This document shows positions 1 to 9,116 of a stretch of DNA of 64,000 nt, one piece after another (the first letter of the stretch is position 1; each line of letters begins with the position of its first letter). The position numbers and the translations under genes were made by a program. The notes beneath the pieces were generated by a model. The model made no database searches. It worked only from the letters and a program-made list of their open reading frames with translations, and was not told the DNA's origin. The stretch comes from an uncultured candidate division Zixibacteria bacterium. GTDB lineage: Bacteria; Zixibacteria; MSB-5A5; GN15; FEB-12. The stretch is taken from contig OY760907.1 in assembly GCA_963664195.1 (NCBI GenBank), positions 2,112,001 through 2,176,000 of the forward strand, in the 5' to 3' direction.

Positions 1-1512
1 GCCCTTGATTTTGATGTCAATGAAGTGTCGAAGTTGTTTGTCGAATGCCGCGTAGAATTCGTCGAACGACTCGAACGTATTAGGATCGCCCGTCTCGATG
101 CCGATCTGCTTGCCGGTGCGAGGATCGGTCCCGTTGTGCATCGTGATTTCGAGCACTTTGACGAGGTTGAAGTAGCCCGTCAGAATGTAGCTTTCCTTGC
201 CAAACGCACCGGTCTCGACACAACCGCTGCAACCACCGTTGCGGGCATCCTCGATTGACTTGCCCTGGCGGATCATTTCCTGCACGAGCGAATCGGTGTT
301 AAACAGGGAGGGCTGCCCGTATCCGGTCTTGATGATCTTGAGTGCCCGTTCAAGTAGTCGGTTCGGGTTTTTCTTGCTGATCTGAACCATGGAGCTTGGC
401 TGGAGCAGCCGCATTTCCTCGATAACGTCGAGGATCATGTAGCTCAATTCATTTGACGCATCCTCGCCGGTTTCCTTGACTCCTCCAACATTGATCAGAC
501 AGAAGTCGGTGTAGGTATTGCTCTCCTGGGCGGTGACGCCAACTTTCGGCGGAGCGGGCTGGTTATTGAACTTCACCCAGAACGATCGCAGCAGCTCGCG
601 CGCGGATTCATCGGTCAGAGTCCCGGCTGCGATCTCTTTCTCGTAGAAGGGGAGGAGGTGCTGATCCAGCCGTCCGGGGTTGAACGAATCCCACGTGTTC
701 AGTTCCGTAATGACGCCGAGATGTACGAACCAGTAGTACTGCAGCGCCTCTTGGAAGGTCTCCGGGGCATTGGCGGGCACGCGGCGGCAAATGGCGGCCA
801 TCTGTTCCAATTCGGCTTTTCGATCGGAGTCAGATTCAGATTCTGCCAGCTCGGCTAGCCGATCTGCGTATCTGTTCGCGAACAGGATCAAGGCATTAGC
901 GGCGATGCCCATTGCTTTGAGTTCTTCACGCTTTGCAAACGCTTCCGGGTCGGAGTAGAAGTCAAGATTCTCGATACTTTCTTGAATGTCAGTTTTGAAC
1001 TCCAGGAAACCTTTGCGATAGATTTTGCCGTCGAGCACGGTGTGCCCCGGGGCGCGTTGTTCCTGGAATTCAGTGAATACACCCGCCTCGTAGGCTGCCT
1101 TCCAGGCATCATCGACTTCTTCGAATATGCGATCTCGCAATGACCGTCCCGACCAAGCGGGAATAATCTTTTCCTGTTGGACACGTCGTGTTTTCTCGTC
1201 AACTCTGAACGAGACTTTCTCGCGATCGTTCAGGATATCAAAATCGCCGAGTGTATGGGTACATATTTCCGGATAGGTCGGAGTTGCTTTGGGAGCTGGA
1301 CCGCGTTCGCCGACAATCAGTTCACCGTCGTTGATGCAGAGCTTTTTGTGTTGGAGTAGATGCTCAAACGCCAGTGCTCGGGCGACCGGAATCGAGACGC
1401 GTTCTGCCTTGCCGGACTGATAGAACTCAGTGAGCAATTCGGCGCGTTCGAGTGAGATGAACGGCTCAGCGTCGAGTGTTTGTTGTCGGAGTTTTGTGAT
1501 CCTGTCGTTCAT
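1..1512 (-). CDS. hypD: Glycyl radical enzyme, trans-4-hydroxy-L-proline dehydratase type (3' end runs off the window)
   Basis: Not in the ORF track because there is no stop in the window. Hand translation from ATG 1512 gives MNDRITKLRQQ...GVFTEFQEQRAPGHTV...TWDSFNPGRLDQH...KFNNQPAPPKVGVTAQESNTYTDF...GGCSGCVETGAFGKESYILTGY, matching HypD active-site motifs and spacing. Confidence 0.85.
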   Translation of the reverse strand, partial: MNDRITKLRQQTLDAEPFISLERAELLTEFYQSGKAERVSIPVARALAFEHLLQHKKLCINDGELIVGERGPAPKATPTYPEICTHTLGDFDILNDREKVSFRVDEKTRRVQQEKIIPAWSGRSLRDRIFEEVDDAWKAAYEAGVFTEFQEQRAPGHTVLDGKIYRKGFLEFKTDIQESIENLDFYSDPEAFAKREELKAMGIAANALILFANRYADRLAELAESESDSDRKAELEQMAAICRRVPANAPETFQEALQYYWFVHLGVITELNTWDSFNPGRLDQHLLPFYEKEIAAGTLTDESARELLRSFWVKFNNQPAPPKVGVTAQESNTYTDFCLINVGGVKETGEDASNELSYMILDVIEEMRLLQPSSMVQISKKNPNRLLERALKIIKTGYGQPSLFNTDSLVQEMIRQGKSIEDARNGGCSGCVETGAFGKESYILTGYFNLVKVLEITMHNGTDPRTGKQIGIETGDPNTFESFDEFYAAFDKQLRHFIDIKIKG

Positions 1513-1518
1513 GTCTGT

Positions 1519-2322
1519 TTAACCCCCAATGTGTACGGTGAAGCCACATTGCGTGAAACGGTTTCCCTTGTCAGTGAGTTCAACATCGGTTTGCGGGCGA
1601 ATGTGCCCCAGTTTGTTGGTCATCCCGAACCGGTGGAGTTTGTCTTCGCCAAACAGGTTGTACGGGAGCAGGCTGACTTCGCAGAAGTAGTCCAGGTCCG
1701 CCAGGTAGCGCGCGATGGCATCGAGGTTTGTGTCTGTGTCGGTGATGCCGGGGATCATCGGGATGCGTATCTGCACGTTCTTCTGCTCTTTCGCCAGCCA
1801 GGCGAGGTTTTCCAGTACAAGATCGTTCGGCACGCCGGTGAATTTCTGGTGTGCCTCGTTGTCCATTAGTTTGAGGTCATACAAATAGAGATCGACCAGG
1901 TCCGCGATGCTCTCCATATCTTCGCGTGGGGCATAGCCGGTAGTATCCAGTGCAGTGTGTATGCCAAGTTCGCGGCAGGCGCGGAGGGAGGCCTCAAGGA
2001 AGTCGATTTGCATCAACGGTTCGCCGCCGGAGAACGTCACCCCGCCGCCGGACTCGTCGAAAAACAACTCGTCTTTCCGTACTTCATTCGCCAGTTCACT
2101 CACGGTGATCTCGCGGCCAACGGTCTCACATCGAGAACCGTCGCCGGTTGCAATCTGAACGAGTTCCGGTTCCGGCTGACGGCTTTCCGGGTTGTGACAC
2201 CACCAGCAGTCGAGCGGGCAGCCTTTCATGAAGACGGTAGTCCGGATGCCGGGGCCGTCATGAAGGGCGTACCGCTTGAGGTCGAAAATCGTCCCGGTAG
2301 TCTGTAGGTATTCGTTGCTCAC
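1519..2322 (-). CDS. Glycyl-radical enzyme activating protein (radical SAM)
   Basis: DGPGIRTTVFMKGCPLDCWWCHNPES (CxxxCxxC) and GVTFSGGEPL. Directly upstream of the GRE. GTG 2322 preferred as start; the track starts at 2361. Confidence 0.93.
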   Translation of the reverse strand: MSNEYLQTTGTIFDLKRYALHDGPGIRTTVFMKGCPLDCWWCHNPESRQPEPELVQIATGDGSRCETVGREITVSELANEVRKDELFFDESGGGVTFSGGEPLMQIDFLEASLRACRELGIHTALDTTGYAPREDMESIADLVDLYLYDLKLMDNEAHQKFTGVPNDLVLENLAWLAKEQKNVQIRIPMIPGITDTDTNLDAIARYLADLDYFCEVSLLPYNLFGEDKLHRFGMTNKLGHIRPQTDVELTDKGNRFTQCGFTVHIGG

Positions 2323-2421
2323 GAAGGCAAGATATTGCCAAGGCGAGAACACGCAAGGCAAAACCGCTGTCGCTAGGTGCCTTACTGGAGGAGCCTTGAA
2401 TTGACGTGTCTGTTCAAACTG

Positions 2422-2844
2422 CTATCGACCGAAGGTCAGAAAGGCAAACAACAATCCGCCGAGAATCATGACGCAAACACCAATGATGATGGCAATAGTG
2501 GTGCCGCTTCCGTCGCCACTCATTCGTGTGCGGTAGGGGTCGATTGTCACCAGATGGTCGTTGCTGCGTCGTTCCACGCGTCTCTTGAACCTTATCCGGC
2601 TGTTATCGAACTTCTCGACCATTTCCCAGCCTGCCTGGGCTTCCTCCTGGCAGAGTTGTTGAAGGACCTCACGGTTCTTGAACTTCTGCATTGCCGAGCG
2701 GACTATCTTGAATTCCCAGCCGTCGAGATCCTCTTTGTTATATCCGGTCATGTTTTCTTCCTCCTGCCGCATTTGTTCTGCTGCCGCCGCTGCGGCTGCA
2801 GTCGTCGCAACGGTAGTTGCGGCAAAAATCGCTGGATTGGACAT
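2422..2844 (-). CDS. Hypothetical membrane protein (DUF4177-like domain, C-terminal TM helix)
   Basis: WEFKIV...EEAQAGWEMV...FKR pattern, hydrophobic C-terminus, SD AAGGAGG upstream. Confidence 0.65.
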   Translation of the reverse strand: MSNPAIFAATTVATTAAAAAAAEQMRQEEENMTGYNKEDLDGWEFKIVRSAMQKFKNREVLQQLCQEEAQAGWEMVEKFDNSRIRFKRRVERRSNDHLVTIDPYRTRMSGDGSGTTIAIIIGVCVMILGGLLFAFLTFGR

Positions 2845-2946
2845 AGCGCCTCCTTCTTTTCCAATATACTCGGTTCGGCACCGATTGATTCAAAGAAATC
2901 GTACAGTTGTGGGTGTCTTGCGGCAGGTATTGAGAACTGAATTGAT

Positions 2947-2973
2947 GAAGAAATCAGGACGAAAAGCCGATCA
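2947..2973 (+). promoter_or_regulatory. Possible sigma28 (FliA)-type promoter
   Basis: GAAG-N15-GCCGATCA upstream of the 3017 ORF; the -35 element is imperfect. Confidence 0.35.
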
Positions 2974-3016
2974 TTTATAGTAGGCAAGGGCACGGAACAC
3001 GTTAGGGAGCTGGCAC

Positions 3017-3439
3017 ATGATTCTCGAAAATCTTGTCCTGGAATACGACCACGATACTAACATTCTCACGATCACGGGTCTCGACAAGGTCCATATTGTC
3101 ACGAGCGATCAGCTTGAGGCTCTCTATGATATGATAGAGTACTGTCTGGAGACTCAGTGTGCCGAGAAGCGCGGTTATGCCCTGGTCGACATGTCAAAGC
3201 TTACGATCGACTATGAGCTGGTGGAAGACTATGCGATTCACCACCAGAGCTCATTCTATCGCTGGGTGTATCCGGAGGGGATCGCGCGCTATGGATACGC
3301 TATCACGCGTCTGACTATCGCCGATGGCTATCGTCGAGTGGGAGAGGAAACGCCTCACTTCTTTCCGACCCGGGATGAAGCCGTCGCATACCTGCGGGAT
3401 CTTCGCCAACGCCAACGCTCCGAGAGCGTGCAAGTCTGA
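3017..3439 (+). CDS. Hypothetical protein, possibly STAS/SEC14 (SpoIIAA-like) fold
   Basis: 140 aa, SD GGGAG. YALVDMSKL and the C-terminal HFFPTRDEAVAYL resemble SpoIIAA-like domains. Confidence 0.6.
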   Translation: MILENLVLEYDHDTNILTITGLDKVHIVTSDQLEALYDMIEYCLETQCAEKRGYALVDMSKLTIDYELVEDYAIHHQSSFYRWVYPEGIARYGYAITRLTIADGYRRVGEETPHFFPTRDEAVAYLRDLRQRQRSESVQV

Positions 3440-3470
3440 AGCGTTCTCCGGCTCTCTCACTTCAGAGACC
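3435..3470. repeat. REP-like palindrome, copy 1 (GGTC-TCTGAAG...CTTCAGA on - strand)
   Basis: 9-bp imperfect stem between convergent genes. Shares CTTCAGAGACC with copies ending at 45354 and 56698. Confidence 0.55.
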
Positions 3471-3485
3471 AAGGTCAGTCCGGCG

Positions 3486-3833
3486 TCAATAGGCCCCCCG
3501 ATTGGGGACGATGCAGATGAACTCGAACGGTTCGTCGTACGGGTTCGTGAACTGATGCAGTGTATTCGGCGGAACGTATGCGAAGTCACCGGCCTGAATC
3601 GCAAAGGTTTCGTCGCCAATCATCAGCCTGCCCTTGCCCTTGATTATGTGATTGACGTGTTCCCAGTCATGTTGGTGTTTCGGCGTGTTGCCGCCCGGTC
3701 CCATACGAAAAACGCGCAGCGTGTTATCGTCCCAGCCTTCGGTCGGACCTATTACATTGGCACGGGTGACGTCCTTGACGCCGTCCATGGCAACGGTTTC
3801 CATTTTCATGTCAGAGTGTTTCACTACCGGCAT
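3486..3833 (-). CDS. Cupin domain protein
   Basis: PKHQHDWEH...GDFAYVPPNTLHQF metal-binding cupin motifs; SD GGAGG before ATG 3833. Confidence 0.88.
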   Translation of the reverse strand: MPVVKHSDMKMETVAMDGVKDVTRANVIGPTEGWDDNTLRVFRMGPGGNTPKHQHDWEHVNHIIKGKGRLMIGDETFAIQAGDFAYVPPNTLHQFTNPYDEPFEFICIVPNRGAY

Positions 3834-3929
3834 TGTAACCTCCGTTGGTTGAACCGGCAATATACGCAGAATCGCGTCAGGGTGAAATGTCAAAGCGCGG
3901 AAGAATGTCAGGATTCTAAGATCGATCGG

Positions 3930-6404
3930 TCAGGCAGTCTTCGCCGGATTGCCACCGGCCTGGAGCTGTCCCATGATTTCGTCGAGACTTGGCAGACCAC
4001 TGAAACACGTTGTGGCGGCATCAAACACCGGCTCCAATTGGTATTCCCGTTCGCGGATGTTAACCACCACGTAGGGGAGAGATGCCGCCTGACACAGATC
4101 AGCGAGCTTCAGCAGTTCGATTTTGCCGACAAACTTGGCATCGCAGAGCACAAGGTCTGTCTTCTTCAGAGTATTGGTGGTTACCCTCGCGACGCTGTCG
4201 ATACAGTCTACGGCTGCCGCAAATCCTGCTTGCCCGAGGAAGTGATTTCGCACTGAGTCATTACCTGAGAATACGAGGATTTTCAACGATAACCCGTCGC
4301 TGAGTTCAATCGAGGATTCCCGTCTGGCGGCATCGACGAGTGGAAGCGTCAGTGTGAAAGTAGATCCCTGCCCCCTAATGGATTCGACCGTGAGGTCGCC
4401 TTTGTGCTCGCGAGCGATATTACGGCAGATGGCCAGGCCCATGCCGGTCCCTGCCACGTCTTCCTTGCCCCACACTCCCTTGGTGGAGAAGAACGGATCG
4501 AATATCCGCGTGAGAATCTTTTCCGGAATTCCTGCGCCGGTATCGCCGATTCTCAGTTTGGCAAAACCGTTTTCGTGCGTGAGAACGACAACGATCACTC
4601 CGTTTCCGGTGACGGCGTGTATGGCGTTTTCCAGCAGATTTATCAGTAACTGCTGGATGGCACTGGCAGAGGCCTGTACCAATGGTATTTCATCGATATT
4701 GGTGACAACCTGAATCTGTCTATCCTGCAGTTCTTTGCCAACCAGAGTGAGCGTCTTCCTCAGAATCTGAGCTAGACTTTCCATGTTGGCTGATTTGGAG
4801 CTCGGTTGGGAATAGGTCAGCAGCGACATTGCCACTTCGTTGGCCTGTTCGGAAAGCTCGACTACCTGTTCGAGGGCGATTCTGGCCGATTCTACTCCGG
4901 AAGGTCCGTCGATGTCTTCCAGGGCCAGCGAGGCGTTCCCCATTATGCCGGCGAGGTAGTTCTTGAACTCGTGTGCCACACCGGCCGCCAGCGTGCCCAC
5001 TGCCGCCATCTTGTCCGACTCGGCCAGCTTTCTCTGCACGAGGTGTTCTTTCGTGATGTCTTCGCTGATGATGATGAAGTTATCCACTTCATTCTCGTCA
5101 TTCTTCACCGGGGAAATAACGCATCGTTCCCAGATTGTCTCGTCATTGGCCTGTTTGTGCCGAACCTGCTCGCTCCAGGTTTGTCCTGCCGTGATGGTCT
5201 GCCACACGTCGTGGTGGAAGCATTCCTCATGCACGGAAGGATCAAGGACATGCGGCACTCTGCCAAGGGCCTCTTCGACAGATATATCGTTCACCTGACA
5301 CCATTTCGGATTGACGTACTCAATAGCGCCATCTCTGTCAGTGATGCAGATCATTGATGCAGACTGCTCGGCAGACAGCATCAGCTTCTTCAATTCTCGT
5401 TCGGCAGCCTTGCGTTCGGCAACCTCGTTCTCAAGGCTTTTCTTTTGCCGGAAGAATCGTGAGATCAGACGGGAGAGGCGACCGAATTCGGTTCGCTGCT
5501 CTTCAAGCTCTATCAGATGATCGACATTGCCGGTTGTAAGGGCTTTCGATATTCTGGCAAGGGGACGGCTAATCCAGAGATACAACGCCAGAAACAGCAG
5601 TATTAGCAGAGTCGCCGCAAAAGCGTGCGCTCGTTTCTTACCCAGACTCAGGATACGCGTGGTTTCGTTGAGAGCGTGTGCTTCGCCGTCGCCGTGAATT
5701 ATGGCCACAGGTGTTCCATCCCAGGCCGGGAGTGTGTCCACTAGACGGATCGTTTTCGGGCTGTCGTCAGCCGTCGCCGTCGCAGACTGATAAGGGAGGG
5801 TTGACAGCGACAGATCCGCGTCGAGAACGCGGCCGAATTCTTTCAGCGTCTCGTCGGTCCAGAGACGAGCCACAAAGAGGAAACCATGCTCCGGCGAGGT
5901 GCGCTCGTCTCCTCCAAGGGACTGAATAGGAGCGCCATAGATTTCGAGAAGTCCCATATCGGTTTTCGCGAAGAAATTCGGGAAGAAGCCGTTACGGAAT
6001 AGCGTCGTCTTGTCCGCCGAAGAGAACGGCAGTTCGAGCACGGGATGTCCTTCGAGATTGTGCGCGGTATGCACGAGGGACAGATCGGTGCGGCAGACCC
6101 ATGCCGCAGAAGCGTCGAATGTGCGGAGACCCGTCTCGATATTGTCTTTGGCCCATACCGAATCACCATTGGACACGAAAGTGACCATCTCGTCCCACCA
6201 CGAGTAGTCGTCAGCGAGGACCTTCAGCGAACTGCCCCGTACTTCTATGAGCTCTTGAAGCTTTTTGGATCCATCGTGGGAGAGTTTAGTGATGACTTCG
6301 CCGACTTGCGCGGATTCATTCTGTCCCCAGAAGTAGAGCCCCCCGAGAAAGCCTACAGCTACGGTCAGAATCAAGATGACAAGCCTGGTGTGGACAGTAA
6401 ACAT
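3930..6404 (-). CDS. Membrane sensor histidine kinase (CHASE4-HAMP-like-PAS-HisKA-HATPase, degenerate C-terminal receiver-like domain)
   Basis: Two TM helices around DYSWWDEM (CHASE4-like), PAS ITDRDGAIEYVN, H-box GVAHEFKN, N-box INLLENA, DTGAGI, FDPFFSTK, GTGMGL. Confidence 0.9.
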   Translation of the reverse strand: MFTVHTRLVILILTVAVGFLGGLYFWGQNESAQVGEVITKLSHDGSKKLQELIEVRGSSLKVLADDYSWWDEMVTFVSNGDSVWAKDNIETGLRTFDASAAWVCRTDLSLVHTAHNLEGHPVLELPFSSADKTTLFRNGFFPNFFAKTDMGLLEIYGAPIQSLGGDERTSPEHGFLFVARLWTDETLKEFGRVLDADLSLSTLPYQSATATADDSPKTIRLVDTLPAWDGTPVAIIHGDGEAHALNETTRILSLGKKRAHAFAATLLILLFLALYLWISRPLARISKALTTGNVDHLIELEEQRTEFGRLSRLISRFFRQKKSLENEVAERKAAERELKKLMLSAEQSASMICITDRDGAIEYVNPKWCQVNDISVEEALGRVPHVLDPSVHEECFHHDVWQTITAGQTWSEQVRHKQANDETIWERCVISPVKNDENEVDNFIIISEDITKEHLVQRKLAESDKMAAVGTLAAGVAHEFKNYLAGIMGNASLALEDIDGPSGVESARIALEQVVELSEQANEVAMSLLTYSQPSSKSANMESLAQILRKTLTLVGKELQDRQIQVVTNIDEIPLVQASASAIQQLLINLLENAIHAVTGNGVIVVVLTHENGFAKLRIGDTGAGIPEKILTRIFDPFFSTKGVWGKEDVAGTGMGLAICRNIAREHKGDLTVESIRGQGSTFTLTLPLVDAARRESSIELSDGLSLKILVFSGNDSVRNHFLGQAGFAAAVDCIDSVARVTTNTLKKTDLVLCDAKFVGKIELLKLADLCQAASLPYVVVNIREREYQLEPVFDAATTCFSGLPSLDEIMGQLQAGGNPAKTA

Positions 6405-6627
6405 GCAATTATTTCTTTGTGCAGCCGTAATACGGCCGCGGGCCCCTCTTTATCGTACTTCATCTGGTGCTTTCCTTGGAAGGTTCAGCGCGGGGAAGTA
6501 CGGCTTCTTCCTATTTTCGTCAAATCGCGAGCTTTCTTGATGGGATTCCGCCAGGAATGGTCAGACTGTTCATATTTCGGATCGTGTTGCTCAGAGCGGG
6601 AAGAGGGCGATTTTGGACAAAGAAAAA

Positions 6628-6701
6628 TACGCCCAGGAGGAGTCGAACCCCCAACCTTCTGATCCGTAGTCAGACGCTCCATGCAATTGAGCTATGGGCG
6701 T
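6628..6701 (-). tRNA. tRNA-Arg (anticodon ACG), CCA not encoded
   Basis: Cloverleaf: acceptor ACGCCCA/TGGGCGT, anticodon arm TCTGA-CTACGGA-TCAGA, T arm GGGGG-TTCGACT-CCTCC. The D-loop is atypical (see findings). Confidence 0.9.
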
Positions 6702-6822
6702 ATTGACAATATGTTACAGGCCCCGATAGTGCGACAGCAACCGCAAAATTGTCAATAGTTTTGATGTGACCTTGATTTGATCGGAATAGAACTTCAACGC
6801 TCAACAAGAGGACCGCAGTGCT

Positions 6823-7821
6823 TCAGTCCGTCTGACACCAGATAATCAACACCGCCACAATAATAAAGATGGCAAAAATGCCTATGAGAAGCATAGTATT
6901 GCCACCTTTTTCTGGTTTGTCTGCGGACTCGGATTCCACGGCTGCATCATACTCAGCCAGTTTCTTGAGCCAGCCGTCCTCGGCTTTGAGTGTCCGTTCC
7001 GATTCGGCTGCCTGCGTAAAAACTTCTATCTCGGGAAGGGGAGTTTCATCGACTTCAACAATCGCTATTGCGAGGACTGTCACGTTGTCGGCGCCTCCTC
7101 GGTCGTTGGCCATTTGTACGAGGTCGGTCGTCATCTGCTTGAGATTATTGCGAGATTTCGAGGCGACATTGAATATCTCGTCGTCATCGGCAAACCCGCA
7201 GAGGCCGTCCGAGCAGAGAATGAAAACATCGCCGGGGACCGCATTTACCACTCTGCAATCAACCTCGACAGTTTCTCTGACGCCCAGCGCTCTCGTTATG
7301 ACGTTTTTGCCGACCACCGAACTGGCTTCTTCCGCCGACAGATTCTGGCTCTCCTGAATCTCCGCCACCCAGGAATGGTCTTTGGTGAGTGGTGTGAGTT
7401 CTTTTTCTCCGAGTCTGTAGGCCCGGCTGTCACCGACATGCGCGACTGACATGATGTCCGCCTCAATCGCTATCGAGACAATTGTCGTGCCCATACCGGA
7501 CAGTTCGGGGTCCAACAAAGCGGCGTTGAAAATGGCTCTGTTGGCCAGTCTGATAGACTTGACCAGCAACTCGCCGTTGGGGGGGAGGGTCTTCCCCAGG
7601 CCAAGTTCAGGGTCGTCCAGCAACGGTTTTCTGAAATGCGTGAAGGCGTTGAGGATAGTCTCTGAGGCGGTCATTGAGGCTACCTCGCCCGCTTGATGTC
7701 CACCCATGCCGTCGCAGACCGCATAGACGTGATTATTCTCATCAAGGTGGAGATAGTCTTCGTTGCCCGCCCTTACGAGTCCCTTGTCAGTCTTCCCGAC
7801 GGCTTTAACTACAAGTGGCAC
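6823..7821 (-). CDS. PP2C-type Ser/Thr protein phosphatase (Stp1/PrpC family) with C-terminal TM anchor
   Basis: GLVRAGNED, VCDGMGGH, HVGDSR, LCSDGL and GGADN motifs. GTG 7821 preferred as start; the track starts at 7899. Confidence 0.92.
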   Translation of the reverse strand: MPLVVKAVGKTDKGLVRAGNEDYLHLDENNHVYAVCDGMGGHQAGEVASMTASETILNAFTHFRKPLLDDPELGLGKTLPPNGELLVKSIRLANRAIFNAALLDPELSGMGTTIVSIAIEADIMSVAHVGDSRAYRLGEKELTPLTKDHSWVAEIQESQNLSAEEASSVVGKNVITRALGVRETVEVDCRVVNAVPGDVFILCSDGLCGFADDDEIFNVASKSRNNLKQMTTDLVQMANDRGGADNVTVLAIAIVEVDETPLPEIEVFTQAAESERTLKAEDGWLKKLAEYDAAVESESADKPEKGGNTMLLIGIFAIFIIVAVLIIWCQTD

Positions 7822-7927
7822 AATTGCTAACCGAGTTTGAGGTGTGCTGCCGACATTCAGGGACGTTTTCTGTCCTACAATCCCTATGCCATTTGTCAAT
7901 ATCGGTCTGCTTCAAAGACAGCACAAC

Positions 7928-7962
7928 AAAAAAAGACCCCGACGAATGCCGAGGTCTTTTTT
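7928..7962. terminator. Intrinsic terminator (bidirectional-type)
   Basis: A-tract, AGACC...GGTCT hairpin and T-tract downstream of the T9SS protein pair. Confidence 0.75.
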
Positions 7963-7985
7963 GGTGGTGATAAAGAGAAATGAGA

Positions 7986-9041
7986 CTATTTCAAAAGAAT
8001 CATCTTTTTGCTTTGCGACTGCATGTCTGTCGACAGGCGGTAGAAGTACACACCTGAAGTCAGCCGTGTCCCGTCGAATTCAAACGACTGCGGTCCAGCC
8101 GACAGCGATCCGAGATTCATGTGGTCCACCCGCTGGCCGAGTACGTTGAAAATATCAACTTCGACCGCCGAACGAGACGATAGCTCGAATGCGATAACCG
8201 TGGTCGGGTTGAACGGGTTCGGGTAGTTCTGGTAGAGGGCAAATGCGCCCGGAAGCAGACTGAACGGATCGTCAACATCGGTGATAGTCTTGATAACCTG
8301 AACGTCGCCGGTAACCGTCACCGTCGTATCTAGGTGAGAGAAGACGGCAAACGTGACCGTGTTCACTGTGTCAGCACCCCAGAGAGAGGAGCGGACCGAG
8401 AAGTTGACAGAGACCGTTTCACCCGGCGCAGCATACACTGCGGTATCCGGTTCGAGGGCCTCCCACTGATTCAGCGTATCTGAACCGCCCGGGAGGGTCA
8501 TACTCAGGTTGACGCCGTAGAAATCAAGGCCGTCGCCGTCGTTGCGGACCTGAACGGTAATTTCCACCGTGTCACCCGGAGCTACCGCCTGTGCGTTCGG
8601 CAGCGCCATCGCCGTCATGGCGATCGTCTGGGTCACGGTGAGCTGGATGTTTCTGTCGGTAACTTGATTCACCCACAGCGGGTCTCCGGTCACGATGGTG
8701 GCGTCGACACCGTTGATCTTGAAAGAGACTGAGTCGCCCGACACCGCCCCTTCATCGAGTCCATCCGTTTCAGGGTCATCGCCATACACAAACATGTCAC
8801 CGTATGCACCCGGCCCGGGCGATGTCGCTACAGTATCAATGCCGCAAAGTATTCCCTGGGGATCGTACGCGGTCACAATCGTACCGACAGGCAGTAGCTC
8901 ACCGTTCACTGTGCTCGAAAAAGTCGCGTCACGCACAACCATGAATTGCGGGTTGGGATGTATCACCTGTGCGGCACTGGTGCCCGCCAGAATCATCGTC
9001 AGGGCCAGAGCAAGTATCAGTTTCAAAATCGTTGCTTTCAC
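7986..9041 (-). CDS. Secreted protein with T9SS type A C-terminal sorting domain and an Ig-like domain
   Basis: Signal peptide, then LYQNYPNPFNP...SGVYFYRL...KKMILLK C-terminus. GTG 9041 preferred as start. Confidence 0.85.
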   Translation of the reverse strand: MKATILKLILALALTMILAGTSAAQVIHPNPQFMVVRDATFSSTVNGELLPVGTIVTAYDPQGILCGIDTVATSPGPGAYGDMFVYGDDPETDGLDEGAVSGDSVSFKINGVDATIVTGDPLWVNQVTDRNIQLTVTQTIAMTAMALPNAQAVAPGDTVEITVQVRNDGDGLDFYGVNLSMTLPGGSDTLNQWEALEPDTAVYAAPGETVSVNFSVRSSLWGADTVNTVTFAVFSHLDTTVTVTGDVQVIKTITDVDDPFSLLPGAFALYQNYPNPFNPTTVIAFELSSRSAVEVDIFNVLGQRVDHMNLGSLSAGPQSFEFDGTRLTSGVYFYRLSTDMQSQSKKMILLK

Positions 9042-9116
9042 TAAGTCACCACCTTGCAAGGTGACCGACCAATTACGGTCGGCCACCAGCTTATTTCAAG
9101 TCTGAAGTCGTCTCTA

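Noticed and set aside
3324..4256. 310-aa + strand ORF
   Set aside because: Overlaps three better-supported genes; no motifs.
6405..6830. tRNA-anchored genomic island
   Set aside because: No integrase, no duplicated tRNA 3' end seen, and no obvious compositional shift.
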